Shown here one piece after another: positions 28,791 to 36,891 of a stretch of 64,000 nt of DNA. Position numbers and translations under genes: made by a program. The notes under the pieces are model-generated. The model saw nothing but the letters and a program-made list of their open reading frames with translations, searched no databases and had not been told where the DNA came from. How positions within the stretch are numbered: the stretch's first letter is position 1; every line of letters begins with the position of its first letter. Location: contig CAXBNF010000003.1 in NCBI GenBank assembly GCA_963977065.1, forward strand, positions 71,401 to 135,400. The letters are read 5' to 3'. The DNA is from an uncultured Flavobacteriaceae bacterium (GTDB taxonomy: Bacteria > Bacteroidota > Bacteroidia > Flavobacteriales > Flavobacteriaceae).

Positions 28791-30134
28791 TCACTTCCCA
28801 TCATTATACAACATATACGCCTTCCTCATCAAATCATACTTCTCCAGTCCTTCCTTCCAAGTTAACCTGATTTCCTCAGCGTTCATGCCTTGTTCAATTT
28901 GTTGCTGCAGGGTTTTAGTTCCTGCCAGAGTTGTAAAGAAATTAGTAAAAAAAGAAGCTTGTTTTCCTGTGGCGTTGTAAACATCAATCAACCATTGCAA
29001 GTTGAGGTAGTCCAATTTATCTTCACCTCTTAGGTCTTTGCCATAACAGAGTTGACCGCTGAATTTTGGATTTTTAGCTCCTTCGTTGGGTTGGGGTGTA
29101 AAGGTAAAAGTGTATGTGTCTTTTGGCAATGTGGGGCTGCCAAATATCTGAAATTGCATAGAGGTACCGCGGCCTTCACTGAGTGTTGTTCCTTCAAAAA
29201 AACAGGTGCTAGGGTAGAGGTTGATTGATTTGTCGTTTGGCAAATTTGGTGATGGTTTGATGGGCAAGCTGTAAGACATGTTTCGATTGTAGTCTTTTAC
29301 CGGCACGATTTCAAGCTCACACTTCAGGCCGTTTTCAAGCCAACCTTCGCCGTTGATCATTTGGGCATATTCTGCAATGGTCATTCCGTGTACAACGGGA
29401 ATGGGGTGCATCCCCACAAAACTTTTGTGAGTAGGCTCGAGTATGGGTCCATCGATATAATGGATATTTGGGTTAGGTCGGTCGAGGATTAACAAGGGAA
29501 TTCCCGCTTCCGCGCAAGCTTCCATGACATAGTGTAATGTGGAAATATAAGTGTAAAAACGTGCCCCCACATCCTGAATGTCAAAAATCACTACATCGAG
29601 GTCTTTCATTTGCTCAGGAGTGGGTTTTTTATTGCTTCCGTAAAGCGAAATAATGGGCACACCGGTTCTGCTGTCTTTTCCGTCTTTAACGAGTTCGCCG
29701 GCATCTGCAGTTCCTCTGAAACCATGCTCGGGAGCGAAAACTTTAGTAACCTGAATGTTGTGTGCCAAAAGCGAATCTACCAAATGGGTGCGCTTGCTGA
29801 AAACCCAGCGCTGGGTTTGGCGTTGTTTATAGGACCTTGTTGTTTCATCCCAAAAGTCTTCCATAAAAATAAAGTTTTCGGGCTTGAAAACCACGCTGGT
29901 TTGATTGGCGACGATGGCCACGCGCTTGTCTCTCAAAAAGGGAAGATATGCCCCCGTTTGGTTAGCACCCACCACCGGATAAGTAGCTACTTCACTTTCT
30001 TCAAATGAGGTTTCTACATTGAAATTCTTTTCCTGACCTTTGCAGGAAATAGAAACCAACACTACGAGCATCAAAAATAAAGTGGTATTTTTGAGCCTAA
30101 AATTACCTGGAATATTGAATTTTGAGTTTTTCAT
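28791..30134 (-). CDS. namZ: DUF1343 / NamZ-like exo-beta-N-acetylmuramidase family lipoprotein
   Basis: Lipobox VSISC. VAIVANQTS...FAPEHGFRGTADAG...ISLYG...DVVIFDIQDVGARFYTYISTL...LILDRPNP is the DUF1343 pattern. The start may be ATG 30134 or 30149. Confidence 0.75.
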   Translation of the reverse strand: MKNSKFNIPGNFRLKNTTLFLMLVVLVSISCKGQEKNFNVETSFEESEVATYPVVGANQTGAYLPFLRDKRVAIVANQTSVVFKPENFIFMEDFWDETTRSYKQRQTQRWVFSKRTHLVDSLLAHNIQVTKVFAPEHGFRGTADAGELVKDGKDSRTGVPIISLYGSNKKPTPEQMKDLDVVIFDIQDVGARFYTYISTLHYVMEACAEAGIPLLILDRPNPNIHYIDGPILEPTHKSFVGMHPIPVVHGMTIAEYAQMINGEGWLENGLKCELEIVPVKDYNRNMSYSLPIKPSPNLPNDKSINLYPSTCFFEGTTLSEGRGTSMQFQIFGSPTLPKDTYTFTFTPQPNEGAKNPKFSGQLCYGKDLRGEDKLDYLNLQWLIDVYNATGKQASFFTNFFTTLAGTKTLQQQIEQGMNAEEIRLTWKEGLEKYDLMRKAYMLYNDGK

Positions 30135-31353
30135 AGCAAAACGAATCATACGGTCTAAGGACTATAAAAGTAGTATATCGGCGCCAATAATAAAAATCGC
30201 GATTACTGCAATTGCTTTAGGGATGATCATGATGCTTGTTTCAATTGCAACCGGTGTGGGGTTGCAACAAAAGGTGCGTGAAAAGGTTTCTGCTTTCAAC
30301 GGTGATATTATCATTTCTCACTTTGATACAAATTTTTCAAATGATTCTCAAAATCCCATATCCATCAACCAACCTTTTTATCCTGTTTTTGAAGATATCC
30401 CCGAAATTAAGCACATACAGATTACCGCTTTAAAAGGTGGAATTATTAGGACTGAAACCGATTTTGAAGGGGTGGTTGTCAAAGGTGTGGGTGATGATTA
30501 TAACTGGCAGTATTTTGAGGAATTTTTAAGGGAAGGTCGTTTGCCTGTATATGAAGAAACACTCAATGATGAAATTCTACTGTCTGAATTCATTACAAAC
30601 AGGCTGAATTTAAAAATAGGGGATAAAGTGATTACCTATTTCTTTGATGAAGAGAGCAAAGAAAGGCCATTAAGACCTCGTGGGTTTACGTTGGTGGGTA
30701 TTTACAACAGTGGTTTTCAAGAGTTTGATGAAAGTTATTTGATAGCAGATATCAGGCACATTCAGCGTTTGAATCGCTGGGAAGCAGACCAGATTGGTGC
30801 TTTTGAACTCTTTGTAACCGATTTTGATAAAATTCAGGAAACCGGAAATAAAGTGTATTATAATGTGGATTCCACACTCGACACCCAAACAATACGAGAC
30901 AAGTATTTTTCCATTTTTGAATGGCTGGATTTGTTTGATTTCAATATAGCGCTTATTATTGGGATAATGATTCTTGTGGCGGGGATCAATATGATTACCG
31001 CTTTGCTCGTGTTGATCCTGGAACGCACCAAAATGATAGGCATCTTAAAATCTTTGGGCTCCTCAAACTTGAGCATAAGAAAAGTTTTTATTTACAATGC
31101 GGTCTATTTAATTGGTATTGGTCTTTTTTGGGGGAATTTGATTGGAATAGGACTGCTATTGGCTCAAAAATATTTTAAGTTGTTTCCCTTAAATCCTGAC
31201 ACCTATTATGTCACTGAGGCTCCCGTTTATCTGGACTTGGGTTATATTTTAATCCTCAACGCAGGCACCTTCTTGTTGTGTTTGTTGATGCTTTTGATAC
31301 CATCATATATTATCACAAAGATTTCGCCGGTGAAGGCTATCAGGTTTGAATAA
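30115..31353 (+). CDS. FtsX-family ABC permease, LolE/LolC-like
   Basis: The conserved N-terminus (M)NFEFFIAKRIIRS requires TTG 30115. There is no ATG before TM1. C-terminal FtsX domain (ILKSLGSSNLSIRKVFIY). Confidence 0.8.
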   Translation: MNFEFFIAKRIIRSKDYKSSISAPIIKIAITAIALGMIMMLVSIATGVGLQQKVREKVSAFNGDIIISHFDTNFSNDSQNPISINQPFYPVFEDIPEIKHIQITALKGGIIRTETDFEGVVVKGVGDDYNWQYFEEFLREGRLPVYEETLNDEILLSEFITNRLNLKIGDKVITYFFDEESKERPLRPRGFTLVGIYNSGFQEFDESYLIADIRHIQRLNRWEADQIGAFELFVTDFDKIQETGNKVYYNVDSTLDTQTIRDKYFSIFEWLDLFDFNIALIIGIMILVAGINMITALLVLILERTKMIGILKSLGSSNLSIRKVFIYNAVYLIGIGLFWGNLIGIGLLLAQKYFKLFPLNPDTYYVTEAPVYLDLGYILILNAGTFLLCLLMLLIPSYIITKISPVKAIRFE

Positions 31354-31356
31354 AAA

Positions 31357-31389
31357 AAAGATGGACTTACAAAAAGTAAACCCATCTTT
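31357..31389. terminator. Hairpin between convergent genes (bidirectional terminator)
   Basis: AAAGATGG-17 nt-CCATCTTT with A-run and T-run flanks. Confidence 0.6.
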
Positions 31390-31412
31390 AATATTATAAT
31401 AAAAGTTAAATA

Positions 31413-31853
31413 CTATACCTTCTTAAGTACTGATATAAATATAAAAGTCTCTCCTCCAAACTCTTCAGTTACTTTTACTTTTAATGTCGTATTGTTTAAT
31501 GTTACAATTTCTGCGACAACTGTTTCACCACCTGTTGTTAATGTAATATTTTTTCCTGATACTGAATAAGTTCCGGTATCTGTTTCAGAATCACACTCTT
31601 CATTAAAATCTAAAAAGAATATAACACTTTGAACAGTATTGTCTGCTTTAAAATCAATGAAGTCTTTACCGCATTCAGGGGCATCGTTTTCATAGGGTAA
31701 AAGGACTTCCTGTCCATCAACTATGGTGCCTTCTTGAGTAAACTCCCATTTACCAATAATTTTTTCTTCATTTCCTCCATTGTCATCATCACTGCTACAT
31801 GAAACAAACATAGCCGAGGCGGCAAATACAAATAATACAAATAATTTTTTCAT
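31413..31853 (-). CDS. Lipocalin-like small lipoprotein
   Basis: Lipobox MFVSC followed by SSDDDN, then IIGKWEF, typical of lipocalin-like lipoproteins. Confidence 0.55.
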   Translation of the reverse strand: MKKLFVLFVFAASAMFVSCSSDDDNGGNEEKIIGKWEFTQEGTIVDGQEVLLPYENDAPECGKDFIDFKADNTVQSVIFFLDFNEECDSETDTGTYSVSGKNITLTTGGETVVAEIVTLNNTTLKVKVTEEFGGETFIFISVLKKV

Positions 31854-31906
31854 TTTTTTTTAGTTTATTTATTAACGGTGGCAAAGCTACATTAAAATCT
31901 GAATAA

Positions 31907-32599
31907 TTATATTTTTTTCTTAAATTTAAACGGAGACCGCTCACTATGCGCTTTCATCGCTTTAAAACACAAGCGAATACTGATAGCTAGCCCTACAAAA
32001 GATAAAAACCAAAAGGCAGGGTAGCTTTGTTGCATTAAAAAGAAGTTATAAAGCCCATGAAGAACGATAGCTGCTAGCAAACCCTTCAACTTAAATTCTT
32101 TTGCTCTTTCTTTATATTGCCAGGCCATTCCAAAATAATAGCCCATAATAATTCCAAAACTGGCATGCGCAGGAACCGCCGTAAACATTCTTAGTAGGCC
32201 CACTTGAACTCCTCCATCTGAGACATAAAGTATGTTTTCAATTCCGGCAAAACCGAGACTGATAATGGCCCCATAAACGATGCCGTCAAAAGGTTCATTA
32301 AATTCTTTTTGGCGATACGCATAAAATCTAAGGACTAAAAATTTAGCAAATTCTTCTGCGAATGCTACCACGATAAGCGCATATATAGCTACAGAAACAA
32401 TGTTTCCAAAATCCACAGGAATAAACTTTCCCAGAACAATTGACAGGATCACAGCAGGTATCGCACAAAGTACACCCAACATAAAGCTGATAAATAGATG
32501 CTTTAACGGCTCACGCTCATATTGATCTTTAAGCCAGATAAACAAACCTATAGCCGCCCCGGGCGCTAGTGCCAATCCTATAATAAAAAGTACATCCAT
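31907..32599 (-). CDS. PrsW-family intramembrane metalloprotease
   Basis: Multi-TM protein with FAEEFAKFLVL and VLHGLYNF motifs. Confidence 0.7.
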   Translation of the reverse strand: MDVLFIIGLALAPGAAIGLFIWLKDQYEREPLKHLFISFMLGVLCAIPAVILSIVLGKFIPVDFGNIVSVAIYALIVVAFAEEFAKFLVLRFYAYRQKEFNEPFDGIVYGAIISLGFAGIENILYVSDGGVQVGLLRMFTAVPAHASFGIIMGYYFGMAWQYKERAKEFKLKGLLAAIVLHGLYNFFLMQQSYPAFWFLSFVGLAISIRLCFKAMKAHSERSPFKFKKKI

Positions 32600-32606
32600 A
32601 AGAGTT

Positions 32607-32625
32607 CCCCCTCCTTTGGAGGGGG
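32607..32625. repeat. GC-rich C5/G5 hairpin followed by a mirror G-tract
   Basis: CCCCCTCC-ttt-GGAGGGGG, then CTAGGGGGAGG. Confidence 0.6.
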
Positions 32626-32644
32626 CTAGGGGGAGGATTGAGGA

Positions 32645-35125
32645 CTAAAACACCACCACCTTGTTATTAATAAAAAACAAACTGTTGACTAAAAACAACT
32701 TCCCATTTTCCCAAAAGGAACGAAACATGACATCATCAGCAAGATAAATCACGCTGCCACGGCCCATTTTGTGTTCACCAAACACCAATGAATTTTTCAA
32801 CCCTTTCAAAGCTTCTTCACCGGCAAAACCACTTACACGCTCTGCATCGCCTTCAATGTAAGCCACGTTATAACCACTTTCTAAAAAGCTATAAGCACTT
32901 GTTCCTGCTTTTAGCGTAAAATAGTTCTCTGAGTAACCAAAAGCAAGTGGGTGTGATACATCCACTTTGGTTTTAAAAATACTTCCTGTGATGAAATTTT
33001 TCACGCTTTCGTTTTCTCTTTGGTCATAAGGAATGAGTAGATTTGGTTCTTCTTTTTCTGCTTCATCGGTCTCATTTCTTTTGAGTCCAAAACCTTCTTT
33101 GTCAACAAAAGTGCTTAGGGCATTATCAATGGCAACGAGAGTTCCGCCTTTACTTACCCACTCTTTAAGTTTTCCTAGTGTGCTTTCGTCAAGATAACTT
33201 TGATAAAACCCTGAGGGCAATATCAAGACGTCAAACTGATCGAGGGTTATATTTTTAAAATAATCGGTGTCAATGGAGGTTACGGGATAGTGCAATTGTT
33301 GCTCAAAGAAATGCCACAAAGCCCCATAACTTAGTGAAGAGGTATATCTTCCTCTCATTAAAGCCACTTTTGGTGGGTGGATAATCTTTACATCAGGCGA
33401 ACCAAAATCGGTTCCGGTGTCTGAAAAGCTGGTGGGCGCGATAAATAATTTCCTTTTGTGTTTATTTGCAATTTCAGTAACTTTTTGGTTATAGTTTTCA
33501 ACAGAGCGATTATCACTTTTTGTGATGATAAGACTTCCTCTGTCAAAACTTTCGCCGGCAAGGCCAAATTTCTTTTCGCTAAAGCGCACTTTTATTCCTG
33601 CCTGAACCAATTCTGAAAGGAAAGCAGCATCTTGCATGCTGTTCCATTTGCTGATGTATCCTGCCGCATTGGGATCCATCCCATTGAGCATAGGTGTTTT
33701 TGTTTGGACTTCATTAGCGGTTATAAGCGAAGTGCTTGCAATGGCATCCAGACCGTAAGCATGTGGTAAATTCCAGGCGGTGATATCATAAGTGAGTGGT
33801 GTGCTCAATTTTGTTTCCGGCTCAAAAAGCGCTTGCACCATTCTGCCCTTGGGCTGATTTGTACTCACTAACAGAGCATTCTTCAAATTCATGCTTCCGT
33901 TTTTGTTAGTGCCATAATGAAAACCGCTGGCACTTCCGCTATTAGAAAAACCATATTTTATCTCATGCTTATCAAGTAATCTCGCCAGGGCATTGATTTT
34001 ATCCTCTTCGCCCTGCAAGGCATAGCTTTTGTATTTTAAATTTGGTTGAAAGAATTTCTGGAATTCGGTATTTAGCTTTTTAGCATTTTTTGAAGAAATT
34101 TCAACGGTGGAAAGTCCGGTGGTTTTTTGATGCTCAACACGGTCAACAAGGGTGAGCTCATAGCCTTCATCGGTATCGATACCCAATCCTGCACGGCCGT
34201 GACCGGCTTGTTCATAAGTCATCCCAATGGCACCCACATAAGTGGGATAAGTATCTCCATAACTGGGATAGAGCAAATCAAAACGTTCTCTAGTGAAAAA
34301 TAACCAGCCTTCTTTATCAAAGTAGCTGGCGTGATTTTTTCCAATTTGCGTTTGAAAATCACGCTGCCAATCTGTAATAACTTCGTGAAATGGTTCTGCT
34401 GCCGGAGCAAAATAGTAGGGCTCATTGATGCCTTGTTCATGAAAATCCACGTGAATATGGGGCATCCATTGGTTGTAAACCTTCAAACGTTGCTGTGTTT
34501 CTACCTGTGTGGCCCAGGCCCAATCGCGGTTAAGGTCAAAGAGATAATGATTTGGACGTCCGCCCGGCCACGGTTCCATATGTTCTGCGGCAACCTGAGC
34601 TGCATTGTAGGGAGTTGCTTTTACCTGATTGTACCAGTTAACATAACGATCACGACCGTCAGGATTCAGGTTGGGGTCTATGATGACAACTGTATTTTCA
34701 AGCCAGGCCTGTTTTTGGGTAATTAATTCATAAAGGGTTTGCATAGCGGCTTCACTGCTGGATGCTTCGTTTCCGTGTACATTGTAACTCAACCAAACGA
34801 TTGCAATATCTGGATTTGCAGAGCCTTCTGCCAAACCGATTTGTTTTAGATTATTAGTTCGGATGGTTTCAATATTTCTTATATTGTTTTCTGAAGTGAC
34901 AACGGCATAAGTAAGTTTGCGTCTTTCATTGGTTTGTCCATATTCCTGATAAGTAACCATAGAACTGTTCTCAGCGACGTGATTGAAATAGTTGACAATG
35001 TCTGCGTGTCTTGTGAATTGGGTACCGATTTCATACCCTAAAAACTCTGAAGGGGATTGGATAGATTGCCCAAAACCAAAGCTAAATATTAAAAAGAAAA
35101 GAAGTGAAGGTAGAAGTTTTTTCAT
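32645..35125 (-). CDS. M14 family zinc carboxypeptidase, large secreted form
   Basis: Signal peptide, zinc ligands VHGNEASSSEA (HxxE) and HVDFHEQG. Confidence 0.85.
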   Translation of the reverse strand: MKKLLPSLLFFLIFSFGFGQSIQSPSEFLGYEIGTQFTRHADIVNYFNHVAENSSMVTYQEYGQTNERRKLTYAVVTSENNIRNIETIRTNNLKQIGLAEGSANPDIAIVWLSYNVHGNEASSSEAAMQTLYELITQKQAWLENTVVIIDPNLNPDGRDRYVNWYNQVKATPYNAAQVAAEHMEPWPGGRPNHYLFDLNRDWAWATQVETQQRLKVYNQWMPHIHVDFHEQGINEPYYFAPAAEPFHEVITDWQRDFQTQIGKNHASYFDKEGWLFFTRERFDLLYPSYGDTYPTYVGAIGMTYEQAGHGRAGLGIDTDEGYELTLVDRVEHQKTTGLSTVEISSKNAKKLNTEFQKFFQPNLKYKSYALQGEEDKINALARLLDKHEIKYGFSNSGSASGFHYGTNKNGSMNLKNALLVSTNQPKGRMVQALFEPETKLSTPLTYDITAWNLPHAYGLDAIASTSLITANEVQTKTPMLNGMDPNAAGYISKWNSMQDAAFLSELVQAGIKVRFSEKKFGLAGESFDRGSLIITKSDNRSVENYNQKVTEIANKHKRKLFIAPTSFSDTGTDFGSPDVKIIHPPKVALMRGRYTSSLSYGALWHFFEQQLHYPVTSIDTDYFKNITLDQFDVLILPSGFYQSYLDESTLGKLKEWVSKGGTLVAIDNALSTFVDKEGFGLKRNETDEAEKEEPNLLIPYDQRENESVKNFITGSIFKTKVDVSHPLAFGYSENYFTLKAGTSAYSFLESGYNVAYIEGDAERVSGFAGEEALKGLKNSLVFGEHKMGRGSVIYLADDVMFRSFWENGKLFLVNSLFFINNKVVVF

Positions 35126-35227
35126 TTGTTGTGTTGTTTTATTTTTTGTGTTGCTAAAACTACTAAAAACAATGATAATTCACTTTAAGATTAACGGAAT
35201 TTTTGAGAAATAAGTCCTGCAAAAAAC

Positions 35228-35235
35228 TATCTTTG
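35228..35235 (+). promoter_or_regulatory. Candidate -7 promoter box TATCTTTG
   Basis: Matches TAnnTTTG, 21 nt upstream of ATG 35257. This supports the shorter bshC start. Confidence 0.45.
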
Positions 35236-35256
35236 ATTTTCGTTTTAAATTCAATT

Positions 35257-36864
35257 ATGCCAGAAGACTGTATTTCTTATCATAAAACGGGATATTTTTC
35301 CAATCTCATTAATGACTATCTTGCTCAGGATGAAGCAATTCAATTTTTATATAAGCGATTTCCTCATAAAGAGGAATTTGTGAATCAGCTAAAAGAAAAG
35401 AAAGACAACTATCCTCCAGAAAACAGAGTGTCACTTGTTCAAATCTTAAAAAAGCAATACCAAAATATACCAACGTCTGCTACTACCAATGTTAACATAA
35501 ACACACTTAAAGAATCAAATACATTTACTATCACAACCGGCCATCAACTCAATTTATTTACCGGTCCCTTGTACTTTTTGTATAAAATTATTTCTACAAT
35601 TAATTTATGTTCACAATTGCGAAAGGAGCACCCTGAATATCAGTTTGTGCCAATTTATTGGATGGCCACCGAAGACCATGATTTTGAAGAAATCAATTTT
35701 TTTAATTTTAAAAATAAAAAGGTGGTTTGGGACAGAAAATCAGGCGGGGCAGTGGGTGAACTGTCCACAGATGAACTGGATAAAGTGTACAAAACCTTTT
35801 CTGAACAACTAGGCACTTCACCCAATTCCGAAAAATTAAAAAAACTCTTTGAAGAAGCATATCTCAATCACACCAACCTGGCTGATGCTACGCGATACCT
35901 TGCAAATGAACTGTTTGGGGAGTATGGTTTGGTCATACTCGATGCCAATGAAAAGGAATTGAAACAGCTTTTTATTCCATACATTAAGGATGAAATAATT
36001 AAAAATACCACATCAGAATTTGTTGAAAAAACAAATCGTGAAATCAATGCGATCCCCAACAAAAACTACAAACTTCAAGTAAACCCTCGCGAGATCAATT
36101 TATTTTATCTGAAGAAAGGACTGCGCGAACGCATCATTGAAAAAGGAGGTCTTTACTTCGTCAATAACACAGAAATAAAATTTGACAAGGAGAGTATGCT
36201 TTCTGAAATTGAAAACCACCCGGAGCGTTTTAGTCCCAATGTTTTATTGCGACCCCTTTATCAGGAAGTTATTTTGCCCAATCTTTGCTACATTGGAGGA
36301 GGAGGAGAGCTTGCATACTGGCTTCAGTTAAAAGGTTATTTTAATGAATTAAAAATCACATTCCCCATGCTGATGCTTCGTAATTCGGCTTTAATCCTTT
36401 CGGAAAAACAAAAGTCAAAAATTCAAAAGCTCAATGTTTCTATAGAAGATTTATTTCTACCCAAACACAAATTGGAGGATAAAGTAACCCGGCAGATTTC
36501 AGCAATAAAAATTGATTTTTCGCTACAGCGAAACCACTTACAACAACAATTTAAGGACCTTTACAAACTAGCAGAACAAACAGATAAATCATTCAAAGGT
36601 GCTGTTGCAGCTCAGGAGAAAAAGCAACTCAATGGGCTGGATTCACTTGAAAAGCGATTACTAAAAGCACAAAAAAGAAAACTTTCAGATCATTTAGAAA
36701 GGATTGCTAATCAGCAAGATGAACTCTTTCCAAATGGAAGTCTACAAGAGCGTAACACCAATTTTTCTGAATTTTATGATGCGTATGGAGAAGAATTAAT
36801 TCCACGGCTGTTTGAATCCTTAAATCCTCTTGAACTTAATTTTAGGTATGTGGTTTTAAAATAA
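35257..36864 (+). CDS. bshC: Bacillithiol biosynthesis protein BshC (putative cysteine-adding enzyme)
   Basis: ATG 35257 gives MPEDCISYHKTGYFSNLINDYL. Further motifs TGHQLNLFTGPLYFLYKI, YWMATEDHDFEE, and CYIGGGGELAYWLQLK. Confidence 0.8.
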   Translation: MPEDCISYHKTGYFSNLINDYLAQDEAIQFLYKRFPHKEEFVNQLKEKKDNYPPENRVSLVQILKKQYQNIPTSATTNVNINTLKESNTFTITTGHQLNLFTGPLYFLYKIISTINLCSQLRKEHPEYQFVPIYWMATEDHDFEEINFFNFKNKKVVWDRKSGGAVGELSTDELDKVYKTFSEQLGTSPNSEKLKKLFEEAYLNHTNLADATRYLANELFGEYGLVILDANEKELKQLFIPYIKDEIIKNTTSEFVEKTNREINAIPNKNYKLQVNPREINLFYLKKGLRERIIEKGGLYFVNNTEIKFDKESMLSEIENHPERFSPNVLLRPLYQEVILPNLCYIGGGGELAYWLQLKGYFNELKITFPMLMLRNSALILSEKQKSKIQKLNVSIEDLFLPKHKLEDKVTRQISAIKIDFSLQRNHLQQQFKDLYKLAEQTDKSFKGAVAAQEKKQLNGLDSLEKRLLKAQKRKLSDHLERIANQQDELFPNGSLQERNTNFSEFYDAYGEELIPRLFESLNPLELNFRYVVLK

Positions 36865-36879
36865 AATGGAGTTCCATTT
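36864..36879. terminator. Short AT-rich hairpin between convergent bshC and recG
   Basis: AAATGG-agtt-CCATTT overlapping the bshC stop. Weak. Confidence 0.35.
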
Positions 36880-36891
36880 ATGACCAATTTT

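Noticed and set aside
29610-30008. 132-aa ORF antisense to the NamZ-like gene. Similar cases are 34331-34726 (antisense to M14), 21362-21691, 56398-56709, 3078-3377, 37363-37596 and 38396-38656.
   Set aside because: All are nested inside confidently assigned genes on the opposite strand, with no recognisable motifs, promoter boxes or terminators of their own.
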